A stretch of 64,000 bases of DNA. Source: Squalus acanthias. Taxonomy: Eukaryota. Shown here in pieces: positions 12,956 through 25,400 of this stretch; position 1 is the first letter of the stretch; each line of letters opens with the position of its first letter. The stretch covers positions 930,001 through 994,000 of the forward strand of contig JASTWF010000088.1 of NCBI GenBank assembly GCA_030390025.1, given 5' to 3'. The notes below the pieces were generated by a model that made no database searches, was not told the origin of the DNA, and was given only the letters and a program-made list of their open reading frames with translations. The translations under genes and the position numbers were made by a program.

Positions 12956-13264
12956 TTGTTCCTCGAGTGTTTCCTTCTGTGAACAAGGCGTCTACTATTG
13001 GACCGGCCGAACTCTCCTGCCTCGTCACGGGCTTTTACCCTCGCGATATCGAAGTCATCCTCCTGAGAAATGGCCAGCCGATCACGGACACGGAATCCAC
13101 TGGCATCCTGCCCAACCACGATGGCACCTACCAGCTCACGAGATGTGCTCAGATCGAGCTCGAGGATGGAGCCACCTATTCCTGTCAGTATAAGCAGAGC
13201 AGCAAAGCAGGAGTGGTGACTATTGGGGTAAGAGAAACAGCGACTGCAGGGGCATTGTCTCTCG
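12956..13264 (+). CDS. MHC class I heavy chain, alpha3 (C1-set Ig) exon; 3' boundary ambiguous (13227 or 13264)
   Basis: Pyrimidine-rich ctcAG acceptor at 12954-12955. VPRVFPS...LSCLVTGFYPRDIEV...LPNHDGTYQL...YSCQ. Two possible donors: GTAAGA at 13228 (phase 0) and GTGAGT at 13265 (phase 1). In-frame TAA at 13273-13275. Confidence 0.93.
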
Positions 13265-13289
13265 GTGAGTCTTAAAGATGTTTATAATC

Positions 13290-15665
13290 ACCTCTCCTCA
13301 TTTTGCCTTCTAAAATGCATCACTTCACACTTCTCTGCATTAAACTTCATCTGCCATGTGTCTGCCCATTTCACTGGTCTATGTCCTCCTGAAGTCTGTT
13401 ACTATCCTCCTCGCTGTTTACTGCATTTATGAGTTTTGTGTCATCTGCAGACTTTGAAATTATGTCCTGTATACCCAAGTCCAGGTCATGAATATATATC
13501 AAAAAGAGCCGTGATCCTAATACTGCCCCCTGGGGGACACCACTCCATACTTCCCTCCAGTCTGAGAAACAACCGTTCACCATTACTCTCTGCTTTCTGT
13601 CCCTTAGCCAATTTCGTATCCACGCTGCCACTGTCCCTTAATCCCATGGGCTTCAAATTTACTAGCAAGTCTATTATGTGGCACTTTATCAAACGCCTTT
13701 GAAAGTCCATATACACAACATCAACTGCACTACCCTCATCAAGTTTGTCAAACACTATTTGCCTTTAACAAATCCGTGCTGGCTGTCAATTTATTAACCC
13801 ATGTTTTTCCAAGTGACAGTTAATTTTGTCCCGGATTATTACATTAGCAAGAGAGGATATAGGTGATCAGCGGAGACTCTGGTTCAAATTGAGGAATAAG
13901 AGAGGACATAAAACTGGAATGGGAGTTGTCCAGAGGCCTCCTGATAGCAGCAATGGAGTGGCTGAATGTATTCATTCAGAGATTAGAGAGGTTTATAGCA
14001 AATGCAGCGTAGTTTTAATGGGAGACTTTAATTTTCATAGATTGGGAAGAGCAGAATAGCTCAAGTCAGAATGGTACTGATTTTCTTGAGTGCCTTCAAG
14101 ATAGTTTTCTGGAAAAGTATCTTCTAGAACCAACAAGGGGGCTGGCCATCCTAGATTTAGTAATGAGTAATGAGCCAGATGCAGTTAATCTGACAGTAAG
14201 GGAACATTTATCTAACAGTGACCATAATACGATCAAATTCAATGTTAGGTCTGAAAAGGAGAAAGGTAACAGTTTACTAAGATTCAAGATTTTTGGTAAG
14301 GCTAACTTTAACAGGATGAGACAGAGACTGACGACAGCAAACTGGTCCAAACTGTTATTGGGTGAAACTGCAGATGAACATTGGGAGGTGTTGAAGAAAG
14401 AATTCAGCTTGATACAGGGCCAGTATATACCCCTAAGGGGCAAGAGCTCTAGTTACCTAATGAAACAGACATGGTCGACAAAAGAGGTGAAAGATAACCG
14501 ATCTAAAGGAGAAAAGGAAAGAATAGTGTAGATCCAGGGGACTGGGAGAGATGTAAAGAAGACAAAGAAGATAGTAATAGCTGCTAAATGGAATATGAAG
14601 CGAAACTTGCACGGGATATCAATCATAGAATGGTTACAGCACAGAAGGAGGCCAATTGAGCCCGTGCCGGCTCTCTGCAAAAGCACTTCAGCTAGTCCCA
14701 CTCCCCCGCCCTTTCCCCGTAGCCCTGCAAATTTTTTTCATTCAGTTACTTATCCAAGTCCCTTTTGAAAGCCACGATTGAATCTGCCTCCACCACCCTC
14801 TCGGGCAGTGCATTCCAGATCCTAACCACTCGCTGCGTAAAAATGTTTTTTCTCATGTCGCTTTTGGTTCATTTGCCAATCACCTTAAATCTGTGTCCTC
14901 TGGTTCTTGACCCTTCCGCCAATAGGAACAGTTTCTCTCTCTCTACTCTGTCTCAACCCCTCATGATCAAGATCAACACACAGTTTTTACAATTATATTC
15001 GAGAATGTGGGCCCTTTAAAAAACAGATGCGGGTAATATTGCAAAGGAAAATAAGGAAATTACAGATTTGTTGAATAATTACTTTCAGTTTTCACAGTAG
15101 AGGAAGAGGATACCTGATATTCCAGGGAAATTAATAATGAATCAAGGACTGGAACTCACTAATGTTAACGAAAGCAAGAAAACAGTATTAGAAAAAATAA
15201 ATGGCACTAAAGGCTGACAAATCCCCGGAACTGACGGTTTCCACCCCAGGGTTTTAAAGGAAGTAGGCGAGGAAACTGCAGATGCTTTAGCCATAATCTT
15301 CCAAAGCACTCTCGATTCAGGAATTCCCCTATAGATTGGGAAATTACAAATGTAACTCCATTTTGAAGAAAGGTGAGTGAGAAACCAGGAAATTGTAGAC
15401 CTGTTGGTCTAAATTTGAGCTGATTAGAGAGCCAGCATGGATTTGTAAAGGGGAGGTCATGTCTAACGAACCTAATTGAATTTATTGAGGAAATAACTAA
15501 AGTAGCAGACAGGGGAATGTCTATTGATGTAGTTTGTATGGACTTCCAGAAGGCATTCGATATGGTTCCACATAAGAGACGTAAGGAATTGAAGGCATAT
15601 TATTGTCCTGATTAGGAGATTGGTTAGGCGGTCGAACACAGAGAGTAGGGATAATGGGTATGTAC
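13290..15665. mobile_element. Nested CR1 fragments in both orientations
   Basis: RT motifs on - (13300-13820), EN/RT on + (13840-15665), and a CR1 3' end on - (~14625-14970). Confidence 0.85.
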
Positions 15666-15834
15666 ATGAGAAAGGGTCCGCAGTGCGCAGGGAAGACTCC
15701 TAACCCAAGAAGTGGGCGTGCTGGTGAAGGCGGGGAGTGAGGGGACCCAGGGCCCATGCCGGGAGTAACTGAAGTTCCCCCTGTGTGTGCAGTGAGTTTG
15801 TGTGGGCGAGTGGGGAGTGTTTGTGTGTGTGTGT

Positions 15835-18800
15835 CTCTCTCTCTCTCTCTCTCTGTCTCTGCCTGTCTGTCGCTCTGTGTCACTCCCCCCCTCACTCTCT
15901 CTCTCGCTGTCACTCTCTCTCTCGCTGTCACTCTCTCTCTCTCTCGCTGTCACTCTCTCTCTCGCTGTCACTCTCTCTCTCGCTGTCACTCGCTGTCTCT
16001 CTCTCGCTGTCACTCTCTCTCTCGCTGTCACTCTCTCTCTCGCTGTCACTCGCTGTCTCTCTCTCGCTGTCACTCTCTCTCTCTCTCGCCGTCACTCCCT
16101 CTCTCTCTCGCTGTCACTCGCTGTCTCNNNNNNNNNNNNNNNNNNNNNNNNNNNNNNNNNNNNNNNNNNNNNNNNNNNNNNNNNNNNNNNNNNNNNNNNN
16201 NNNNNNNNNNNNNNNNNNNNNNNNNNNNNNNNNNNNNNNNNNNNNNNNNNNNNNNNNNNNNNNNNNNNNNNNNNNNNNNNNNNNNNNNNNNNNNNNNNNN
16301 NNNNNNNNNNNNCTCTCTTGCTGTCACACTCTCTCTCTCTCGCAGTCACACTCTCTCTCTCGCTGTCACACTCTCACTCTCTCGCTGTCACACTCTCTCT
16401 CTCTCGCTGTCACTCTCTCTCTCTCGCTGTCACTCTCTCTCTCTCGCTGTCACACTCTCTCTCTCGCTGTCACTCTCTCGCTGTCACACTCTCTCTCTCG
16501 CTGTCACACTCTCTCTCTCGCTGTCACTCTCTCTCGCTGTCACTCACTCTCTCTCGCTGTCACTCACTCTCTCTCGCTGTCACACTCTCTCTCGCTGTCA
16601 CTCTCTCGCTGTCACACTCTCTCTCTCGCTGTCACACTCTCTCGCTGTCACACTCTCTCTCGCTGTCACACTCTCTCTCGCTGTCACACTCTCTCTCGCT
16701 GTCACACTCTCTCTCTCGCTGTCACACTCTCTCTCTCGCTGTCACACTCTCTCTCGCTGTCACACTCTCTCTCTCGCTGTCACACTCTCTCTCGCTGTCA
16801 CACTCTCTCTCTCTCGCTGTCACACTCTCTCTCTCTCTCGCTGTCACACTCTCTCTCGCTGTCACACTCTCTCTCGCTGTCACACTCTCTCTCTCTCTCG
16901 CTGTCACGCTCTCTCTCTCTCGCTGTCGCTCTCTCTCTCTCGCTGTCACACTCTCTCTCGCTGTCACACTCTCGCTGTCACACTCTCTCTCGCTGTCACA
17001 CTCACTCTCTCTCGCTGTCGCTCTCTCTCGCTGTCGCTCTCTCTCGCTGTCGCTGGCTCTCTCGCTCTCTCGCTCTCGCTGTCGCTCTCGCTGTCGCTCT
17101 CTCTCGCTGTCGCTCTCTCTCTCGCTGTCGCTCTCTCTCTCGCTGTCGCTCTCTCTCTCTCGCTGTCACACTCTCTCTCGCTGTCACACTCTCTCTCGCT
17201 GTCACACTCACTCTCTCTCGCTGTCGCTATCTCTCGCTGTCGCTCTCTCTCGCTCTTTCGCTGTCGCTGTCGCTCTCTCTCGCTGTCGCTCTCTCTCGCT
17301 GTCGCTCTCGCTGTCGCTCTCTCTCTCGCTATCGCTCTCTCGCTGTCACACTCTCTCTCTCGCTGTTGCTCTCTCTCGCTGTCGCTCTCTCTCTCTCGCT
17401 GTCGCTCTCTCGCTGTCGCTCTCTCTCGCTGTCACTCTCTCTCTCTCTCGCTGTCGCTCGCTCTCTCGCTGTCACTCTCTCTCGCTGTCACTCTCTCGCT
17501 GTCACTCTCTCGCTGTCTCTCTCTCGCTGTCACTCTCTCTCGCTGTCACTCTCTCTCTCTCGCTGTCACACTCTCTCTCTCGCTGTCACACTCTCTCTCT
17601 CGCTGTCACTCACTCTCTCTCGCTGTCACTCACTCTCTCTCGCTGTCACACTCTCTCTCTCGCTGTCACTCACTCTCTCTCGCTGTCACTCACTCTCTCT
17701 CGCTGTCACACTCTCTCGCTGTCTCTCTCGCTGTCACACTCTCTCTCGCTGTCACACTCTCTCTCTCGCTGTCACACTCTCTCTCGCTGTCACACTCTCT
17801 CTCGCTGTCACACTCTCTCTCTCGCTGTCACACTCTCTCTCGCTGTCACACTCTCTCTCTCTCTCGCTGTCACTCTCTCTCTCGCTGTCACACTCTCTCT
17901 CTTGCTGTCACACTCTCTCTCTCTCTCTCGCTGTCACACTCTCGCTGTTGCACTCTCTCTCGCTGTCACACTCACTCTCTCTCGCTGTCGCTCTCTCTCG
18001 CTGTCGCTCGCTGTCGCTGGCTCTCTCTCGCTCTCTCACGCTCTCTCTCTCGCTGTCGCTCTCGCTCTCTCTCGCTGTCGCTCTCTCTCTCGCTGTCGCT
18101 CTCGCTNNNNNNNNNNNNNNNNNNNNNNNNNNNNNNNNNNNNNNNNNNNNNNNNNNNNNNNNNNNNNNNNNNNNNNNNNNNNNNNNNNNNNNNNNNNNNN
18201 NNNNNNNNNNNNNNNNNNNNNNNNNNNNNNNNNNNNNNNNNNNNNNNNNTCTCGCTGTCGCTCTCTCTCTCGCTGTCGCACTCTCTCTCGCTGTCACTCT
18301 ATCTCTTGCTGTCACTCTCTCGCTGTCACTCTCTCGCTGTCACTCTCTCGCTGTCTCTCTCTCTCGCTGTCACTCTCTCTCTCTCTCGCTGTCTCTCTCT
18401 CTCTCTCTCGCTGTCTCTCTCTCGCTGTCACTCTCTCGCTGTCACTCTCTCGCTGTCGCTCTCTCTCGCTGTCGCTCTCTCGCTGTCGCTGGCTCTCTCT
18501 CGCTCTCTCGCTGTCGCTCTCACTGTCGCTCTCTCTCGCTGTCGCTCTCTCTGCTGTCGCTCTCTCTTGCTGTCGCTCTCTCTGTTGCTGTCGCTCTCTC
18601 TCTCTCGCTGTCGCTCTCTCTCTCTCGCTGTCACACTCTCTCTCGCTGTCACACTCTCTCTCGCTGTCACACTCACTCTCTCTCGCTGTCGCTATCTCTC
18701 GCTGTCGCTCTCTCTCGCTGTCGCTGGCTCTCTCTCGCTCTCTCGCTGTCGCTGTCGCTCTCTCTCGCTGTCGCTCTCTCTCGCTGTCGCTCTCGCTGTC

Positions 18801-21800
18801 GCTCTCTCTCTCGCTATCGCTCTCTCGCTGTCACACTCTCTCTCTCGCTGTCGCTCTCTCTCTCGCTGTCGCTCTCTCTCTCGCTGTCGCTCTCTCGCTG
18901 TCGCTCTCTCTCGCTGTCACTCTCTCTCTCTCGCTGTCGCTCGCTCTCTCGCTGTCACTCTCTCTCGCTGTCACTCTCTCGCTGTCTCTCTCTTGCTGTC
19001 ACTCTCTCGCTGTCACTCTCTCGCTGTCGCTCTCTCTCGCTGTCGCTCTCTCGCTGTCGCTGGCTCTCTCTCGCTCTCTCGCTGTCGCTGTCGCTCTCTC
19101 TCGCTGTCGCTCTCTCTCTTCTGTCGCTCTCGCTGTCGCTCTCTCTCTCGCTATCGCTCTCTCGCTGTCACACTCTCTCTCTCGCTGTCGCTCTCTCTCG
19201 CTGTCGCTCTCTCTCTCGCTGTCGCTCTCTCTCGCTGTCGCTCTCTCTCGCTGTCACTCTCTCTCTCTCTCGCTGTCGCTCGCTCTCTCGCTGTCACTCT
19301 CTCTCGCTGTCTCTCTCTCGCTGTCACTCTCTCTCGCTGTCACTCTCTCTCTCTCGCTGTCACACTCTCTCTCTCGCTGTCACACTCTCTCTCTCGCTGT
19401 CACTCACTCTCTCTCGCTGTCACTCACTCTCTCTCGCTGTCACTCACTCTCTCTCGCTGTCACACTCTCTCTCGCTGTCACTCTCTCGCTGTCACACTCT
19501 CTCTCTCGCTGTCACACTCTCTCTCGCTGTCACACTCTCTCTCTCGCTGTCACACTCTCTCTCTCGCTGTCACACTCTCTCTCTCGCTGTCACACTCTCT
19601 CTCTCGCTGTCACACTCTCTCTCGCTGTCACACTCTCTCTCTCTCTCGCTGTCACTCTCTCTCTCGCTGTCACACTCTCTCTCTTGCTGTCACACTCTCT
19701 CTCTCTCTCGCTGTCACACTCTCTCTCGCTGTCACACTCTCTTGCTGTCACACTCTCTCTCGCTGTCACACTCGCTCTCTCTCGCTCTCTCTCGCTGTCG
19801 CTCTCTCTCTCGCTGTCGCTCTCTCTCGCTGTCGCTCTCTCTCTCTCTCTCTGTCGCTCTCTCTCTCTCTCTGTCGCTCTCTCTCTCTCTCTGTCACTCT
19901 CTCTCTCTCGCTGTCGCTCTCTCTCTCGCTGTCGCTCTCTCTCTCGCTGTCGCACTCTCTCTCGCTGTCACTCTATCTCTCGCTGTCACTCTCTCGCTGT
20001 CACTCTCTCGCTGTCACTCTCTCTCTCTCTCGCTGTCTCTCTCTCTCTCTCTCGCTGTCTCTCTCTCGCTGTCACTCTCTCGCTGTCACTCTCTCGCTGT
20101 CACTCTCTCGCTGTCTCTCTCTCTCGCTGTCACTCTCTCGCTCTCTCGCTGTCTCTCTCGCTGTCACTCTCTCTCTCGCTGTCACTCTCTCTCGCTGTCG
20201 CTCTCTCTCTCTCTCTCTGTCGCTCTCTCTCTCTCTGTCGCTCTCTCTCTCTCTCTCGCTGTCACTCTCTCTCTCTCTCGCTGTCGCTCTCTCTCTCGCT
20301 GTCGCTCTCTCTCTCGCTGTCACTCTCTCTTGCTGTCACTCTCTCGCTGTCACTCTCTCGCTGTCACTCTCTCGCTGTCTCTCTCTCTCTCGCTGTCACT
20401 CTCTCTCTCTCTCGCTGTCTCTCTCTCGCTGTCACTCTCTCGCTGTCACTCTCTCGCTGTCGCTCTCTCTCGCTGTCGCTCTCTCGCTGTCGCTGGCTCT
20501 CTCTCGCTCTCTCGCTGTCGCTCTCACTGTCGCTCTCTCTCGCTGTCGCTCTCGCTGTCGCTCTCTCTTGCTGTCGCTCTCTCTGTCGCTGTCGCTCTCT
20601 CTCTCTCGCTGTCGCTCTCTCTCTCTCGCTGTCACACTCTCTCTCGCTGTCACACTCTCTCTCGCTGTCACACTCACTCTCTCTCGCTGTCGCTATCTCT
20701 CGCTGTCGCTCTCTCTCGCTGTCGCTGGCTCTCTCTCGCTCTCTCGCTGTCGCTGTCGCTCTCTCTCGCTGTCGCTCTCTCTCGCTGTCGCTCTCGCTGT
20801 CGCTCTCTCTCTCGCTATCGCTCTCTCGCTGTCACACTCTCTCTCTCGCTGTCGCTCTCTCTCTTGCTGTCGCTCTCTCTCTCGCTGTCGCTCTCTCGCT
20901 GTCGCTCTCTCTCGCTGTCACTCTCTCTCTCTCTCGCTGTCGCTCGCTCTCTCGCTGTCACTCTCTCTCGCTGTCACTCTCTCGCTGTCTCTCTCTCGCT
21001 GTCACTCTCTCGCTGTCACTCTCTCGCTGTCGCTCTCTCTCGCTGTCGCTCTCTCGCTGTCGCTGGCTCTCTCTCGCTCTCGCTCTCTCGCTGTCGCTCT
21101 CACTGTCGCTCTCTCTCGCTGTCGCTCTCGCTGTCGCTCTCTCTTGCTGTCGCTCTCTCTGTCGCTGTCGCTCTCTCTCTCTCGCTGTCGCTCTCTCTCT
21201 CTCGCTGTCACACTCTCTCTCGCTGTCACACTCACTCTCTCTCGCTGTCGCTATCTCTCGCTGTCGCTCTCTCTCGCTGTCGCTGGCTCTCTCTCGCTCT
21301 CTCGCTGTCGCTGTCGCTCTCTCTCGCTGTCGCTCTCTCTCGCTGTCGCTCTCGCTGTCGCTCTCTCTCTCGCTATCGCTCTCTCGCTGTCACACTCTCT
21401 CTCTCGCTGTCGCTCTCGGCTCTCTCTCGCTGTCGCTCTCTCTCTCGCTGTCGCTCTCTCGCTGTCGCTCTCTCTCGCTGTCACTCTCTCTCTCTCGCTG
21501 TCGCTCGCTCTCTCGCTGTCACTCTCTCTCGCTGTCACTCTCTCGCTGTCTCTCTCTCGCTGTCACTCTCTCTCGCTGTCACTCTCTCTCTCTCGCTGTC
21601 ACACTCTCTCTCGCTGTCACACTCTCTCTCTCGCTGTCACACTCTCTCTCTCGCTGTCACACTCTCTCTCTCTCGCTGTCACTCTCTCTCTCTCGCTGTC
21701 ACACTCTCTCTCTCGCTGTCACACTCTCTCTCTCGCTGTCACTCACTCTCTCTCGCTGTCACTCACTCTCTCTCGCTGTCACTCACTCTCTCTCGCTGTC

Positions 21801-24800
21801 ACACTCTCTCTCGCTGTCACTCTCTCGCTGTCACACTCTCTCTCTCGCTGTCACACTCTCTCTCGCTGTCACACTCTCTCTCTCGCTGTCACACTCTCTC
21901 TCTCGCTGTCACACTCTCTCTCTCGCTGTCACACTCTCTCTCTCGCTGTCACACTCTCTCTCTCGCTGTCACACTCTCTCTCGCTGTCACACTCTCTCTC
22001 TCTCTCGCTGTCACTCTCTCTCTCGCTGTCACACTCTCTCTCTTGCTGTCACACTCTCTCTCTCTCTCTCGCTGTCACACTCTCTCTCGCTGTCACACTC
22101 TCTTGCTGTCACACTCTCTCTCGCTGTCACACTCGCTCTCTCTCGCTGTCGCTCGCTGTCGCTGTCGCTCTCTCTCGCTGTCACTCTCTCTCGCTGTCTC
22201 TCTCTCTCTCGCTGTCGCTCTCGCTGTCGCGCTCTCTCTCTCTCTNNNNNNNNNNNNNNNNNNNNNNNNNNNNNNNNNNNNNNNNNNNNNNNNNNNNNNN
22301 NNNNNNNNNNNNNNNNNNNNNNNNNNNNNNNNNNNNNNNNNNNNNNNNNNNNNNNNNNNNNNNNNNNNNNNNNNNNNNNNNNNNNNNNNNNNNNNNNNNN
22401 NNNNNNNNNNNNNNNNNNNNNNNNNNNNNNNNNNNNNNNNNNNNNNNNNNNNNNNNNNNNNNNNNNNNTCTCGCTGTCTCTCTCTCGCTGTCACTCTCTC
22501 TCGCTGTCACTCTCTCTCTCTCTCTCTCTCTCTCGCTGTCACTCTCTCTCTCTCTCTCTCGCTGTCGCTGTCGCTCTCTCGCTCTCTCTCGCTGTTGCGC
22601 GCTCTCTCTCTCTCGCGGTCGTGGGCTCTCTCTCTATCGCTGTGGCGCGCTCTCTCTCGCTGTCGCGCGCTCTCTCTCTATCGCTGTGGCGCGCTGTCTC
22701 TCTCTCGCTGTCGCGCGCTCGCTCTCTCTCGCTTTCGCGCGCTCGCTCGCTCTCTCTCGCTTTCACGCGCTCGCTCGCTCTCTCGCTGTCGCGCGCTCTC
22801 GCTGTCGCGGGCCCTCTCTCTCGCTGTCGCGCGCTCTCGCTGTCGCACGCTCTCCCTATCTCGCTGTCGCACGCTCTCCCTATCTCGCTGTCGCGCGCTC
22901 TCTCTATCTCGCTGTCGCGCGCTCTCTCTCTCTCGCTGTCGCGCGCTCTCTCTCTCTCGCTGTCGCGCGCTCTCTCTCTCGCTGTCGCGCGCTCTCTCTA
23001 TCTCGCTGTCGCGCGCTCTCTCTCTCTCTCGCTGTCGCGCGCTCTCTCTCTCTCGCTGTCGCGCGCTCTCTCTCTCTCGCTGTCGCGCGCTCTCTCTCTC
23101 TCGCTGTCGCGCGCTCTCTCTCTCTCGCTGTCGCGCGCTCTCTCTCGCTGTCGCGCGCTCTCTCTCGCTGTCGCGCGCTCTCTCTCTCTCTCGCTGTCGC
23201 GCGCTCTCTCTCTTTGCNNNNNNNNNNNNNNNNNNNNNNNNNNNNNNNNNNNNNNNNNNNNNNNNNNNNNNNNNNNNNNNNNNNNNNNNNNNNNNNNNNN
23301 NNNNNNNNNNNNNNNNNNNNNNNNNNNNNNNNNNNNNNNNNNNNNNNNNNNNNNNNNNNNNNNNNNNNNNNNNNNNNNNNNNNNNNNNNNNNNNNNNNNN
23401 NNNNNNNNNNNNNNNNNNNNTGTGCCCCTCTCTCTCTCTGTGCCCCCTCTTTCTCTCTCTGCCCCTTCTCTCTCTCTGTGCCCCTTCTCTATCTCTGTGC
23501 CACTTCTCTCTCTCTGTGCCCCTTCTCTCTCTCTCTGTGCCCCCCCTCTCTCTGTGCCCCCCTCTCTCTCTGTGCCCCCCTCTCTCTCTGTGCCCCCCTC
23601 TCTCTGTGCCCCTCTCTCTCTCTCTGCCCCTCTCTCTCTCTGTGCCCCTCTCTCTCTCTGTGCCCCCCTCTCTCTCTGTGCCTCTCTCTCTCTCTGTGCC
23701 CCCCTCTCTCTCTCTGCGCCCCCCTCTCTCTCTCTCTCTGTGCCCCCTCTCTCTCTCTCTGTGCCCCCTCTCTCTGTGCCCCCCTCTCTCTCTGTGCCCC
23801 CCTCTCTCTCTCTGTGCCCCCCTCTCTCTCTCTGTGCCCCCCTCTCTCTCTCTGTGCCCCCCTCTCTCTCTCAGTGCCCCCTCTCTCTCTCTGTGCCCCC
23901 CTCTCTCTCTCTGTGCCCCCCTCTCTCTCTCTGTGCCCCCCTCTCTCTCTCTGTGCCCCCCCTCTCTCTGTGCCCCCCTCTCTCTCTCTGTGCCCCCCTC
24001 TCTCTCTCTGTGCCCCCCTCTCTCTCTCTGTGCCCCACTCTCTCTCTCTGTGCCCCCCTCTCTCTCTCTGTGCCCCCTCTCTCTCTCTGTGCCCCCCTCT
24101 CTCTCTCTGTGCCCCCCTCTCTCTCTCTGTGCCCCCCTCGCTCTCTCTGTGCCCCCCTCTCTCTCTCTGTGCCCCCCACCTCTCTCTGTGCCCCCCCTTC
24201 TCTCTCTGTGCCCCCCTCTCTCTCTGTGCCCCCCCTCTCTCTCTGTGCCCCCTCTCTCTCTGTGCCCCCCTCTCTCTCTGTGCCCCCCTCTCTCTCTGTG
24301 CCCCCCCTCTCTCTCTGTGCCCCCTCTCTCTCTGTGCCCCCCTCTCTCTCTGTGCCCCCCTCTCGCTCTGTGCCCCCCTCTCGCTCTGTGCCCCCCTCTC
24401 TCTCTGTGCACTCCTCTCGCTCTGTGCCACCCCTCTCGCTCTGTGCCCCCCTCTCAATCTGTGCCCCCCCCTCGCTCTGTGCCCCCCTCTCTCTCTCTGC
24501 CCCCCCTCTCTCTCTGTGCCCCCTCTCTCTCTGTGCCCCCTCTCTCGCTCTGTGCCCCCTCTCTCTCTGTGCCCCCCTCTCTCTGTGCCCCCCCTCTCGC
24601 TCTGTGCCCCCCTCTCGCTCTGTGCCCCCCTCTCTCTCTGTGCCCCCCCTCTCTCTGTGCCCCCCCTCTCTCTCTGTGCCCCCCCTCTCTCTCTGTGCCC
24701 CCCTCTCTCTCTCTCTCTGTCTGCCCTCCTCTCTCTCTCTCTCTCTGTCCGCCCCCTCTCTCTCTCTCTGTCCGCCCTCTCTCTCTCTCTCTCTCTGTCC

Positions 24801-25345
24801 GCCCCCTCTCTCTCTCTGTCCGCCCCCTCTCTCTCTCTCTGTCCGCCCCCCTCTCTCTCTCTGTCCGCCTCCCTCTCTCTCTCTCTTTCTGTCCGCCCCC
24901 CTCTCTCTCGCTCTGTCCGCCCCCCTCTCTCTCTCTCTCTGTCCGCCCCCCTCTCTCTCTCTCTGTCCGCCCCCTCTCTCTCTCTCTGTCCGCCCCCCTC
25001 TCTCTCTCTCTGTCCGCCCCCCTCTCTCTCTCTCTCTGTCCGCCCCCCTCTCTCTCTCTCTCTCTGTCCGCCCCCCTCTCTCTCTCTGTCCGCCCCTCTC
25101 TCTCTCTCTCTGTCCGCCCCCCTCTCTCTCTCTGTCCGCCCCCCTCGCTCTGTCCGCCCCCTCTCTCTCTCTCTCTCTGTCCGCCCCCCTCTCTCTCTCT
25201 CTCTCTCTCTGTCCGCCCCCTCTCTCTCTCGCTCTGTCTGCCCCTTCTCTCTCTCTCTCTGTCCGCCCCCCTCGCTCTGTCCGCCCCCCTCTCTCTCTCG
25301 CTCTGTCTGTGCCCCCCTCTCTCTCTGGCTCTCTTTCTCTCTGTG

Positions 25346-25389
<44 letters not shown>

Positions 25390-25400
25390 CCTCTCTTTCT
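15835..25400. repeat. ~9.5-kb compound (CT)n-based satellite containing four N gaps
   Basis: (CT)nCGCTGTCA/CGCTGTCG grading into (CT)nGTGCCCCC and (CT)nGTCCGCCCC. Gaps at 16128-16312, 18107-18249, 22246-22468 and 23218-23420. Confidence 0.97.
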
